A stretch of 64,000 bases of DNA from Hypanus sabinus (taxonomy: Eukaryota): assembly GCF_030144855.1 (NCBI RefSeq), contig NC_082739.1, forward strand, positions 35,774,001-35,838,000, written 5' to 3'. This document shows positions 1 through 12,832 of this stretch, in pieces (position 1 is the first letter of the stretch; every line of letters starts with the position of its first letter). Both the position numbers and the translations under genes were made by a program. The notes under the pieces are model-generated. The model ran no database searches and was not told the origin of the DNA. It was given only the letters and a program-made list of their open reading frames with translations.

Positions 1-370
1 ATAGGGACAGTTTGTGCACTGTAGTGCCCTTCGGCCCATTTAGTCTGTGCTGAACTATTCTGCCTGTTCCTATCTATCTGCACCCACAGCATAACCCTCC
101 ATATTCATAAATACATCCATATCCAAGTACATCCGTGTACTTATCCAAACTCCTCTTCAATGTTGAAACCGAACCCATATCCACTACGTCCTCTGGCAGC
201 TCATTGCACATTCTCACCACCCTTTGAGTGAGGAGGTTTCCCGTCATGTTCCCCTTAAACATTTCACCTTTAACCCATGACCACTAGTTCTAGCTTCACC
301 CATTCTAGGTGGGGATTTTACCCCCCCCCCCAAGTAAAACCTGCTTGTATTTACCCTGTCTGTACCCCTG
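1..370 (-). mobile_element. CR1 LINE 3' fragment
   Basis: ORF 74..262 (FKGNMTGNLLTQRVVRMCNELP...LDKY) is the CR1 ORF2 C-terminus, followed by a CR1-type 3' UTR. Confidence 0.85.
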
Positions 371-439
371 ACCATATGGTGCAAAGTTAGGATTATTAAA
401 ACAGCCAGATTCTCAAATCAGTGGGAGGTAGGTCTTCTT

Positions 440-590
440 CCCTGTTGCCATGGCAATGCCTCAGGTGGAATTTCCTGTCAAGGGCATTATTTGACAGTTA
501 ATTAAATTCTTAATGGCAACCCCTCATTCCCTTGCTCCATTTTTTTAAATTAATGTACGCCATAAATCAGATCTGTGTTCAAAGGAAATG
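440..590. promoter_or_regulatory. Candidate CDON intronic enhancer (motif cluster)
   Basis: RFX X-box GTTGCCATGGCAAT (444-457), MEIS CTGTCA (475-480) and TGACAG (492-497), TTAATTAA (498-505), PBX-HOX CCATAAATCA (560-569), TCF TTCAAAG (578-584). Confidence 0.5.
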
Positions 591-1261
591 ATTGCTGAAC
601 GATTTCCAGAAGGAGGGGAAGTGTTTTGGAAGGTTTTAACAGTCTGAGTATGGGCCAGGAAAAACAAAATAATTTGATCAGACTGCAGAGCTTGGATTGG
701 TGCACTGACCTGAGACTTGTAAGTGACTGCGGCCAGAAGACAGCAGGAACTTTGTCAGTTATTTTCAGCTCTCCTTTGGGGATCTTCTGAAGAAAACTAA
801 AGAGGAAAGGAGTTTAGTCCAACAAGTTTTTTTGTGTTTCAAGCTATAAGGAAGATTGTTGATTAGATCCAATTTTAGATGATAGTATTAGTTGTCCAGA
901 CAAAAGGCAGTGAAAAAAATTTCTGAGCCATCTTTTTGACAGCTATCGTGACGCAGTTGTGCTCTATGATCTCCCCTGGCAACAGGAGAGGAAAAAGATC
1001 TGAGAGGGGGATGGGGCTGTAGTAAAGGGGCCACAGTGTGGAACAACGAAGCAAAGAATGTTGCAGCAAGATTTTAAGTATTAGAAAGTGGAGAATATAA
1101 ACAACCCAGAATCTTTTTCCAGGAGTGCACCAAACCGCTCTTGAAATTATTTATATTTTCCATTTCAGTCGTTTTCACTGGTTATTTACTCCAAGGACTC
1201 TTTCTCAATTTAACATGAAATATTTACAAGCAATCTTGCTTTACAGTAATGAATGATTTTT

Positions 1262-1687
1262 CCAGTACAACAGAGGAGATTCATTAGGCTAATTCCTGTA
1301 ATAAGAGCTGTCTTACCAAAAGTGACTTAATAGTTTGGGCCTGCATTGCTTGGAAAGAAGAATGAGAGCTGACTTTTCAAGTATATAACATCCTCAAGGG
1401 CTTAACATGATTAATGTTGGGATATTTTCACTAGTGACAGAGTCTCAAACAAGGGGCCAGTCATTTTAAACTGAAATTTCTTCTTATGGATTGTGATGAA
1501 TCTCTTCCCCAGCAGATGGTGGAAGCTGGATTATAGAAACCTGAAGTGGGGGTGGACGAATATTTGGAGTAGAGGGATATGGAGAAATGGCATGAAAGGC
1601 CAGCATAGGTCAGCCGTAATCCTATTAAATGTTGGGGAAGTCTCGAAGGTCCTCATGGCTTATTCTTGCTCTCTTTTTGTGTTCTTT
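1262..1687 (+). mobile_element. Degraded CR1 3' fragment
   Basis: cagaggagattcattaggctaattcctg encodes a QRRFxRLIP-like motif; CR1-type tail follows. Confidence 0.75.
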
Positions 1688-2139
1688 CTGAGAGCAATCT
1701 CAATCTACTTTAATTTGTTTTGCTCCAAACTTAAATTGATGTTTGAATCAGAGTGGAGTAGAATTTCTGGATTCACAACAGTGCTAGCAAAATGCCATTG
1801 AGGTTATATTGTTGACTAGGAATTTATTTCTTGTCTTCATGATCAGAGTGCACCTCTGTCATTGTTTGCCTGTTAATCCAGAAGAAATGTTGGATCTGAG
1901 CTGCAGATAATCAAGCACAACATGCATTTTAGTAGTCCATTTGTGATACAGGAAATCTTGGTTATGTTACTATTCTAAAGCATAGGTTCAAATTTTTACC
2001 TTGTTAACTAGAAGATTTTAAACGTCTCACAATGTCAGGAATAACGACAAAATTAGCAGTAATGCTAGTTATGAAGTTATGGGCTTGTTATTGAACCCCA
2101 ATTCAAAGTCCTCTAGGGAAGAAAATTACTGTCCAAGAA

Positions 2140-2230
2140 AATCACAAAAATTGCTGAAGCTGCAAATCTGAAATGAAAATCAGAAATGCTGGAAAGAATC
2201 AGCAGCTCAGACAGCATCTGTGGGAGAGGA
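2140..2230 (-). repeat. Penelope-type terminal repeat fragment inside an old SINE remnant
   Basis: gctgcaaatctgaaatgaaaatcagaaatgctggaaagaatcagcagctcagacagcatctgtggg resembles the terminal motifs at 10.5, 13.4, 40.7 and 44.4 kb. Confidence 0.55.
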
Positions 2231-2452
2231 CCCTAGATCCCCTTACAGGCTAATTAGTTTAAGGGCAATTGAATTTGCCAGCAACACCCACAACCCCTGA
2301 ACAATTTTTAAAACAGAATACACTCTTTTTATAAAACTTTCTCGATTTGGCAGATACTGAAGATGACCTGTTTGTAAAAAAACAAAATAATAATTTGGAA
2401 CCTCTAAACCTCAAGTTTGTCCATTACTTTAAAAGTTATCCATGTCTAATAG

Positions 2453-2689
<237 letters not shown>

Positions 2690-3008
2690 TAAACATCTTA
2701 ATGTGGGAATGGTGGGTAAGGCTGTTGTCAATATCCAAATACATTACTTGAAGTCTACCTGTCAGAAAAAATGTTCTCTGTTGAATGGTTTGCCTATACT
2801 CAGTCTGGATTTTTAACCTGAAGGAAGTTCACGATGTAGTATGGTAAAGTGAATACTGCCTGGAGCAATATATTCTTAAAGAATAAATGCATTCTGGAAT
2901 GAAAAGCAGCCATAGTATTAATCTGTGTATGTACTAATTTTCTGTTTTAAAGCTTGTTAATCACCTCAATTTGTGGATATTGGATCTCACTACCTTATTT
3001 TCACTTAG

Positions 3009-3233
3009 CACGAAGACCTCCTGGATCACCTGTGGTAATGGGGGATGACTTGAGTACACAGCCAAATCTTGCTGACCACTCAGGGAGTGGACATGGAACA
3101 TCTTCCTCAAGCACACGGAGCAGCGACATGTTGTATTTGATTGTGGGCTCGGTGCTAGGAATCATGGTTCTCATCGTTATCGTCTTCATTGCTATGTGCC
3201 TTTGGAAAAATCGCCAACAAACAACACTACAGA
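3009..3233 (+). CDS. CDON: CDON exon: juxtamembrane stalk and transmembrane helix
   Basis: ttag|CA acceptor and A|gtaagt donor, phase 1-1. Translates ARRPPGSP...[39 protein letters not shown], the CDON TM signature. Confidence 0.97.
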
Positions 3234-3574
3234 GTAAGTTGAGTCGTGTGGATCAGTTCTCAGTCCACTTTTTCTTCTGAAAGAGGCATGAACTCTGAAG
3301 CTTTTTGATTATTTGTACAATTATTTCCATTCTCTTCCCACCCCGGTCTACCAGCTTAGTGTTATTCCAGTACCCTAAATATTCTGAAACCCAGAATGAA
3401 GACCGTCAGCTAAGAAGTAGTCTGTTGTTATTTTTTTAAAGGGCAAAGAGCATTCAAGTTGGAAACAACAATAATTGGCACTCTGATCCTGAAACTGGAC
3501 GAGCAATTAACCCAGATTTTCAGTCCTATAAAAATTAAGACTTTAAAGAGAAGAAATGAGATGACAAACTGAAT

Positions 3575-5280
3575 ATAGAGTCATAGAGCACAACAACACA
3601 AAAGCAGGCCCTTTATCCCATCAGTCCCATCTACCTGTACCCAAACCATAGCTCTCCTTACCCCCTTTCACCCATGTACCTATCCAAGCTTCCCTTAAAT
3701 ATTGCAATTAAACCTGCATCTGCCACTTCTGCTTTAAATGAAGGAGTTCCCCTTAAATACTGTATTTCACTTTCACCCTAAACCTATTACCTCTAGTTCT
3801 GGTCTCACCCAATCTGAGGGATGGAGGTGGGAGGGGCGGGGGGGGGGAGCTGCGTGTAACTCTGAAAGATCTCTCCTCGTTCTCCTACACTCCAGGGAGT
3901 AACATCCTAACCTTTTCAATCTATCGTATAAGCCCGGGTCCTCAATCCCAGTAACATCCTTGTAAATTTTCTCTGCACTTTTTCAAGCTTGTTGATATCT
4001 TTCCTGCTGCTAGGTGACTAGAACTACACACAATACTCCAAATTCGGCCTCACCAACATCTTGTACAACTTCAAATTAACATCCCAACTCCTGTATTCAG
4101 TGCTCTGATTTATGAAGGCCAGTGTGCCAAAGTTCTCTTTACAACCCTATCTTCCTGAGATTGTATTTGCAAGGAATTATGAATCTGTATTCCCAGGTCC
4201 CTTTGTTCTACCGCACATCTCAGTGCAAGCCTTACACTGATTTGTCCTTTCAAAGTGCAACACCTCACACTTCCCTGAATTAAATTCCATCTGCTTTTTT
4301 TTTAAGCTGGTATCAGATCACACTGCAAGCTTTGATAGCCTTCCTCACTGTCCACTGTGCCCCCAATCTTGGTGTCATCCACAAATCTTTTGATCCAGTT
4401 TACCGCATTACCATTTAAATCATGTTAGTATAGGTGATAAACAACAATGAATCCAGTGCCAATCCATGCAGCACACCTCGAGTCACAGTCAGAGAGATAA
4501 CTATTTGCTACCACTCTGTCTTCTCCTGCTAAGCCAATATGGAATCCAATTTATTACCTCATCCTGCCTGCCAAGTAACTTAACCTTCTAACTCAGCTCA
4601 CCATGCAGGAGTTTGTCAAAGGCCTTGCTGAAGTTCACATAGGCAATATCCACTGCCTTCCCTGTAATCAAAAAAATCTTAAGATTAATTAGACACAACC
4701 TACCAAGCACAAAGCCATATTGAATATCCCTAATCAGGCCCTTCCTATCAAACTACTTGTATATCATAAGACAAAGGAGCAGAATTAGGTCATTTGGCTG
4801 ATCGAATCTGTTCTGCCATTTTATCATGACTGATCCATTTTCCTTCTCAACCCATTCCCCTGCATTCTTCCTGTAATCTTTCACGCTCTGACTCATCAAT
4901 CACCTATCAACCTCTGCCTTAAATACACTCAATGAACTGGTCTCCAAAGGTACCTGTAGCAACGAATTCAACAGATTCACCACCTTCTGGCAAAATAAAT
5001 TCCTCTCCTCCTGGCCATTCTAAATGGAAGTTCCTCCATTCTAAGGTTGTGCATTCTGGTCCTAGACTCCCCTAAATGCCCCATTCGCAGCCCTATTACT
5101 TCAGTTCCCATCCTGCTAGCAACAGTGTAAACCCTTCCCAACAGCCCAAGCCTGTCCTTAAGAATACTTACCAATAATTTACTCACAGCTGATGTCAAGC
5201 TCACTAGTCTCTTATTTCCCAGCTTTTTCTTAGGGCCTTTTTGAGCAATGGAACAACATTTGCTATCCACCAGTCCTCTG
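3575..5280 (-). mobile_element. Degraded CR1 ORF2 and 3' UTR, with a second CR1 3' end nested at ~4765-5075
   Basis: Reverse-strand RT remnants (ggtgtcatccacaaat = F/VDDT; caatactccaaattcggcctcacc = VRPNLEY). A second tail begins cataagacaaaggagcagaattagg at ~4765. Confidence 0.85.
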
Positions 5281-6614
5281 GCTACTCAGCCATGGCTAAG
5301 AATGCAAAATGTTCAGTGACAAATTCCTCAGGTTCTTGCATACCCAGCAGTTTTTATAGAATTCTGTCCAGAAATTTCAAACAATTCAGTTCTATATATT
5401 TCTTGTTTGTTTATGCATCACTGTGCATCATTAATGGAGAAATCTTATCAAAACTGATCTGATGGTATCGTGAATTCCAGTATGTACAGACAAATATATT
5501 TTGTTTTTTGCATGTACATTAGCATGGTGTGAGGCAGGAATCTTGTAAATGCTTTCCCCTGAACATAGGAAGATGAATGGCTGGAACACTGTTGTTGCAA
5601 AGTAGTGAAAAGGCATTCAGCCAATGTAACAAATTGGGGGCAGGCCTGTGATCTTTTACCACAATGCAGAGCCTTGCATATTGTCCAAAATGATTGAAAT
5701 TTTCCTAAGACTTTACACTGGGAGCAATTTTCAGCATTCAGCATTTTAATGTATCCATCCCCATATGCTTAAAAGATTCTTTGTTGGGAAAATATCCCAG
5801 TTAGAAACTGTTTTTGTTCAATGAAACAAAATCCTCTCCGTATCATTGGCGACAAATGCTTAAGAAGTATTTGTTACTGCATAGGTTGGCAGGGAGTCAC
5901 AATCTAGCTATCTTAAATCAACTAATAAATGCGATCTAATAAACTAATTCTTGTGAACTCCTAAGATCATTGAGAACAAATTTACGTTTTTGCTCTTTAT
6001 CCAGTAGGCCACAGCATTAAGTTGGGTAATTGTACCAAACATCCTCTAGTTAACCTTGCAATGTTGTTAAAGTCTTAATGAACATGAATTTTACCCTGAC
6101 ACATTAACAGTTAGCCTGGGGACCATGAAATTACATCTGTACCCCACTTTTTATTTGAATTATCCATGTGGTCCATAAAGTGAGAGTAGAGCTGAGCTGT
6201 TTTTGGATGATTTTGGTGTGCTCAAACCAAACTGCTGCTTGTTCATATCTGTTTTATTAGCTTTTAATACTTCTGTTTATGCTAACAAAGGCATACAGAC
6301 TTTCTCAAATTCCTACTTTAGGAATTGAGCGTCTTAATGATTGTAGGGAGACATCCAGCAAAAAGAAAGAGCCCTCCTACAGCCTTCTCAACTCCACAGT
6401 CCAACTGTGAATCTGATGGGTCAGGGTCTTTTTTTATCATTAATGCTGCAAAAATGTTTAATAGGTAGTTGGGTATAACTTGTTCTCAAATGTAAATGCA
6501 AATTTCCTGACGAATTGTTATGCCAGGACAATGAAATTTATCATCTTTGGCAAAGGTTTGGGGAATGAAATAATGGAAACTACATCGCTAATTTTGGTGA
6601 TATTTGTTCCACAG

Positions 6615-6892
6615 AGTATGATCCTCCTAACTACCTTTATCAGGGCCAGGAAGTAAATGGACAGCTGATGGAGTACACTACTCTGCCAGGCACCAGCCGG
6701 ATCAATGGAAGCATCCATGGCAGTTTCATTAGCAATGGGAGCCTGAGCAATGGTTGCCCACACTTGCACCACAAGGTTTCAAATGGAATGAATGGACTGA
6801 TGAATGGAGGGACAGCGCTCTACCCAGCCAGCCGTACAAACACACTGCCAAGTACCCACATGGACTACGACCAAGCTCACTGTATTATGAAT
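6615..6892 (+). CDS. CDON: CDON exon: proximal cytoplasmic domain
   Basis: acag|AG acceptor and AAT|gtaaga donor, phase 1-0. Translates KYDPPNYLYQGQEVNGQLMEYTTLPGTSRINGSIHG...HLHHKV...HCIMN. Confidence 0.96.
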
Positions 6893-7669
6893 GTAAGAGC
6901 CTGATGTTTGTATTGTAATTGGCTCCGTTCAAAAAAAAAAAGTCATGCTCAATGTCATATTTCAAGCTATTGCTTTCAATAAGACCAAGTTGAGTTATGG
7001 CAGTCTCATGTTGTCCCATCACAAACAGTATCTCTACAGAACTTTTGAAAATTACATTTATATTTGTGCACATTCTGTGCAATGATCTCTTTCTAAAGTC
7101 ATTGTAATTCACCAGTGGGTTAGCACCAGGGACAATTATCCAAATTGTTCAACTCCAAGTGTTCCATTGGCCCATACTCTTCCCCCCACTATGTGAAGTT
7201 TGTTTTGGTTTTCATTAAATCTATGCTCAGCAGTCCTTGGTGAACTTCAAAGTTCCATACATCTTTGAGAGAGTATTATTGTGGACCAAGTATTATAACC
7301 CATATATTTAGCCTCAAGTTCTGAGAATCTGAATGATGGTTAACAGTGAAAAAACTGAAACTGCACACTTACATTAAGACTTCTTTCCCCTTCAGGGACC
7401 TTCATAAAGTGTTTTCCTCTGTCTAGGAGGAGAGTGAGTGTACATTTGGAACCAAAAAGCCAAAGTCAAGTTGATTGGGTATTTCTGTTGCTGATATGAA
7501 CAAACACTGGCCATATGATGGTGATATAGTGAGAAAATTGATATATAATAAAATCCTTAAGTAGAAAAGGGAAGAAGTGATTGAGCAAATCAGGAAGAAA
7601 AGGTGAAGAAAGTTGGAAAAGGAGACAGGTTTGCATTTCTGTAGCTGATTCCGTGAATCTAGATGCAAA

Positions 7670-8020
7670 AGCACTTACTGACAATTACTTTTGAAGTGCA
7701 ATCAATTGTAATGTACGGAGTCCAGCAATGGACTTGAATGCAATAACCTATCACAACAGTAATGTGATAATGACTAGAAATTTTTAGGTGTTGCTTATGG
7801 AAGAATATTGGCCTGTATTTCTACTAGTTATTAAAATTATTATGTGACATTTATGTGGCCACATGGAAAAGCAGACAGAACTTTGATTTAAAGGGTATTA
7901 AAATGCACCACACTCTGGCTGTGCAATACTCTGTCCTCTACTTGTGTGTTCAGTTCTCTAGTGGAATTTGAACCCATAGCCTGCTTATTCAAGTGCTAAC
8001 CATCGAGCTAAGACTGATGG
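7670..8020 (-). mobile_element. Ancient Deu-domain SINE (SacSINE/AmnSINE-like) remnant
   Basis: tRNA-like head on the minus strand (ggaatttgaacccatagcc...gtgctaaccatcgagc); body resembles the copy at 37.2-37.6 kb. Confidence 0.55.
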
Positions 8021-9206
8021 GGATAGAGCATGTTGTAAGGAAGGGCATTTAGAGTATAGGTTGAATATATACCTGAAAGAGTAAGATAGAAAATGAGAAG
8101 TGAAAAGATTTTTAAAGTCTTTCACAAGAAATTTGGGATTGGATCAGTTACATGATCATTTCATTTAGTCTGTTTTAATAACTAGTCTTAACTAATTTTT
8201 GAGTACATGAATTTAATATCAGTGAGAACAAAATGCATCTGTTCATAATACATAATTTCAGTAAGTACAAAAATCTTGTTTACTTCCTCCTGTGGTCTTT
8301 TAATGAAGTTTGAATGGTATTTCTGTATAAATAAATGAAAGGAGTTTATCAAATAAATGTCAAATACATTTGAAATGATTGAGAGAACTTGAAGGAACTG
8401 AGGCAAAGTCAGGGCATAGATGGGAACTGACAGCAAGAGTAGATTGAATAAAGAGCTTCAGGGAAGTTCTCGCCAAGGCCTAAGGTTGTGTCCTGGATTC
8501 TATCTTTTCTCTATGATTAATTCTTAATTGGCACATTGCCGTTTTTAAGTGCAGTTTTGTTTGAGTGCTTTGTACATTAAAGGGGTTGCAAGGCCCTTCA
8601 TTTTAAGCAGACATTACATGTGCTGACTGCTTGCAGTGCTATTTTTGAAGTAATGGGAAGGGATTTGGGCAACAGATCAATCCCGTTCCTGCCAATTGCA
8701 GTTTACATAGCCTGGGCACAAATCTTCTGAACTGGTGTGTAGTGTCTTGTCACAATTTTACATCAGGGTCAGTCTGCGAACAGATGGAAATTAACAAGCT
8801 TGGCTTCTCAAACCCACCGTGCTTCAGCTTCCATATTTTCCCACAGTAAGAAGGTGATATCAACGAACATTTGCTAGCAAAGATAAAATATTCTTGAAAA
8901 TACGTGATACCATTTTATCTTTGAGGGAGCTTCATTTTACTCAATAACAAAATGAATTAATCAGTTGCCACCTTTAAGTTTCAGTGAATTTTTAAAAATC
9001 ATGTCTGCAGTCTGGGGAGAAGAGATGTGCACTCTAGAACATATTGTATTTCTGTCAAGCTGTTGGCATAAGTAGTTAGAGACTGAGCGGTCACAAGCGA
9101 TTAAATGTTGTGACAAAAAGTGGAATTGAAGTGAATAGAGAGCCAGTGGATGTTTGGATTAGCTTGAATGTCTGATGTTACAGCGTCTGAAAACAAAAAT
9201 GATGTA

Positions 9207-10843
9207 CAGTACTATGCAAAAGTCTGAGGTGAATGTTAAAAAAATTCTGTAAAGCAAAGATGCTTTCAAAAATAATGAAAAGTTTCTAAACATCAAAAAA
9301 TTACTATAAAGAGCAGTAAACAGCAAAAAAAAACTCTAAATCAAATTAATAATAGGTGTGACCACCCTTTTCCTTTAAAACTGAATCAATTCTCTTCGGT
9401 ACGTTATATTTTTTTTAAATCGGCTGGTCAGTTGTTCCAAGCATCTTGGAGAACTTTCCACAGTTCTTCTGCAGATTTTGGCTGTGTCACTTGCTTTTGT
9501 CTCTCCAGACAGCCTTGATGTTGTGATCAGGGCTCCATGGAAGACATACCATATGTTGCAGAACTCCTTTTCACTGAAAGTAGTTCGTTATGACCTTAGC
9601 CACGTGTTTGGGGGTCATTGTCATGCTGCAGAATAAAGTTGGGACCGATCAGACACCTCCCTGGTGGTATTGCGTGATGGATGAGAATCTCAGCATTGAG
9701 GATACCATCAATTTTGACCAGGTCACCAACTCCATTTGTAGAAATGCAGACCCAAGCCTGCAGCAAACCTCTACCATGTTTCATTGTAGCACTCTCTAGC
9801 TCTTTTACAGATCAACTGCTTCCTGTTTGAGACAAAAATTTCTGATTTTAACTCTTGAGTCCCGAGCACTTGCTGCCATTGTTCAGTTTCCCAGTCCTTG
9901 TGTTTTTGTCCGTAGGTGAGTCCCTTAGCTTTGCTTCCACTTTGAAGGAGTGGCTTTTTGGAAGCAACTCTTCTGTGAAGACCTTCTCCAGACTGCAGAG
10001 GGTTGTACTTGGGTTCCTTGTGGTTTCTGTGAGTTCGGAGTTGATAGCAGTGCTGGATGACTTCAGATTTAGAAGGGATGTCAGTTTGATATATCTCTTG
10101 ACTGCTGCACTCAATTTCTGTGGCTAACCCCTGTGTTTCTGGTCTTCAACCTTGCTCATTTCTTTGCGCTTTTTCAGAAGAGCTTGGACAGCACATCTGG
10201 AAACTCCTGTCTGCCGCAACATTTCTGCTTGGGAGAGACCTTGTTGAAACAAGATGACCACCTTGTGCCTTATTGTTATACTCACTGTTGTCATGGTGTA
10301 AGAATTAATGATTTGAAAGTTAAACAGTCTTTCAGCCAATTTAATTCCTTCTATACCCATTTCTGTTTATTAATCAGTTTATTTCATTCACCTCATTATG
10401 TCATTGATCATTAGCACCTGTTTATCTTTGTTTAATCATGCTCTGGGCTACATGCCTACAAAGTAATCAAGTTTTTATTTGAAAAGTGATCTATTAATTA
10501 ATATTACAAATGAGAAAATCTGCAGATGCTGGAAATCAAAGCAACACACACAAAATGTTGGAGGAACTCGAGGGTTTCAGCCCGAAATGTCGATTGTACT
10601 TTTTTCCATAGATGCTACCTGGCCTGCTGAGTTCCTCTGGCATTTTGTATGTGTTGCTGTTAATATGTTACTGTAATGAAATATGAAAATTTCTCTTAAA
10701 TTTTAATTTTTTGGTAAATGAATGTTTGGAAATCCGGAATTTGCTATTTTCTGTCAGCACTCAAATACAGAAGACAAAAAATAAAATCTAAAACAAAATC
10801 TATATTAAAAATCTAGGGTGCCTAATACTTTTGCACAGTACTG
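9207..10843 (-). mobile_element. Tc1/mariner DNA transposon with degraded transposase
   Basis: TIRs CAGTACTATGCAAAAGT (9207) and ACTTTTGCACAGTACTG (ends 10843), flanked by TA and TG. Minus-strand fragments: HTH (RHKVVILFQQGLSQAE...GVSRCAVQ) and catalytic region (WVCISTNGVGDLVKIDG...FILQHDNDP). Confidence 0.93.
10505..10659. mobile_element. Short palindromic Penelope-derived insertion inside the Tc1
   Basis: Inverted arms gcaacacacacaaaatgttggaggaactc and gagttcctctggcattttgtatgtgttgc. Candidate TSD TTAATAT at 10498-10504 and 10660-10666. Confidence 0.75.
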
Positions 10844-12505
10844 TGTGTGGAAATAATTCTGAAGTAACTCAGACAAAGGTTGAGTTTGTGCTGATGGCAG
10901 GTCATGAAGTAGGTAATGGTGGTAATGGGTAGAAGGTGCATTGAAGATTGGCTCGAGGTCAAACACCACTGAGTTGCTGCTGGGAAAGGAGCTAAGGGTT
11001 GGAAATGGTCTTGGTTCTAAAATAATAGATTATAATTATAGGGCAACTTCAAACTTTTTGCAACAAAGTTGGGAAAAAATTAATTTCATCAAAGAGTTAT
11101 ATTAGACAAATGGCCATTGTAACTGACATGGAAGATGGTGCTGAAATGGTGAATTAAGTGTAATAATACAGGTTCCACAAACATTTTACAAATAACATTG
11201 AGAAGCAGTATTTGACCTAGCGTTGGAAGATGGCTAAGGATAAAACTTGATGTCTCCTGGGTTGAGAAAGAAAGTCATTTTTCGAGCCAATTCTGTGCAT
11301 GCCATGGCCCTGGCAGGTATTCTATCACCACAGATTGGTTGAACAACTGTGGTTGGCTTCATTAAAATGGTAATCACAGACCCAGTGCTTATGATTGGCA
11401 TGCTGTGGCAATATTGAACCGTTCATTACCATGCCTGAGCATTTAAAATCCTGCCTTTAAATATAACCAACATTTTTTTTAAACAGTTGTGCATTAGAAC
11501 ATTTTAGATTCAAAGAACCGAATTACAGATTAAAAAGGAGTATCAAGGAAGAAGGCTTGACTGAAATAATGTTTACTTTGCACCTTTCTGGAAAAGGAAA
11601 TGCAGTCATGTGAATTAATGGAAGAAACAATTAATGGAACAAATATAATCTACCTTTTTTTAAAAAAGTAGAGAAACCATTTAAGCAAAAAAAGTCTTAG
11701 ATTCAATAGCCCAAATTGCTTCCAACAGCATTAGTCAGAATACTAAGGTTGTAGCATCAGGGACTGATGAAAGATTGTGGCTAAGATCACCACTTGGTAC
11801 CTTTCTTAATAACTAGTGCATGGTATGTTGGAGATCTAGGGGTGTATTATACAGATCTTTGAAAATGACACAACTAATTGACTTGGCATTTAACACGTGC
11901 ATTTAGAAAGCTTGACTTTAAAAATTAACATATAAAAGCTAGGAATTTTCATAAAATATAAATTGGGCATCAGCTGGATTACCAAATTCAGTAGCAATTG
12001 AGGTCATCAGAGTTTGTAAGGAAAGAATGAGAAGACAAGAGAATGGCATTAGAAATAAAAACAGGGAAATTGGAAAGTCATGGTAGTTTTCAAAGTAGTA
12101 TAAAAGGTTGATAAAGGTTTCCAACATCTAATTGATCTGATGCAATAATTACAAGTGGCAATGGAGTTGGTGACCAGAAGTGAAAAGTTATGGCTTTCTT
12201 TGACAGGATTTTTTTTCTTTAAACTGAATTGTTATAATTTGGAATATACTGCTTAAAGGGATGATTACAGCTGATTCCATTTTTAAATATCAAAAAGGAA
12301 ATTAGATAAACATTTGAAGAAAAACATTTGTATTATATTTCTGAGGTGTTGGAATTAAACAATTCTATCATGAGGACCTTTATTGACAAGATTGTGTTGC
12401 TTCTGTACTCTATAATTACTGATTTTTACAGTGTTAATGATTTACATATGTTAAAGTGGTTTGGTAATGCTATTAATGCTAGAGCTTTGTACTTTACATT
12501 GACAG

Positions 12506-12585
12506 GGTGGTGGGATATACAATGCACTTCCTCAGACGGAGCCATCAGAATGCATCAACTGTCGCAACTGTAAGAATAACAATAG
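12506..12585 (+). CDS. CDON: CDON exon: Cys-rich cytoplasmic motif
   Basis: gacag|GGT acceptor and AG|gtcagt donor, phase 0-2. Translates [26 protein letters not shown](R), matching CDON ECVNCRNCRNNNR. This reading frame is not in the ORF track. Confidence 0.95.
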
Positions 12586-12832
12586 GTCAGTGTGCACAGT
12601 GGCTTTTTGCAGTGTTTTGTTCATTTCATGTCATGAGTCCATTTGCCTGCTCTTTACTCTAATATAGATTCTCTCCTTCCCTTCCCTCACTCTTGTCCTG
12701 AAATCTCTCACTTCATTACTCCAGGGAATGTTTTATGTTTGTGTTAGATTGCCAAAGCCCTGACTAATTCATCTCAAAGACAATTCAGCACTTCATTGGT
12801 TTTTCATCCTCTGTGATACTGGTTTAAGAGGT

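Noticed and set aside
2954-6904. BOC instead of CDON
   Set aside because: [20 protein letters not shown] and the downstream NCRNC.NNNRCFTKTN motifs match CDON as I recall it, not BOC.
9360-9368. GLI-like site GACCACCCT in a Hedgehog-pathway gene
   Set aside because: One mismatch from consensus, isolated, and part of ordinary Tc1 sequence.
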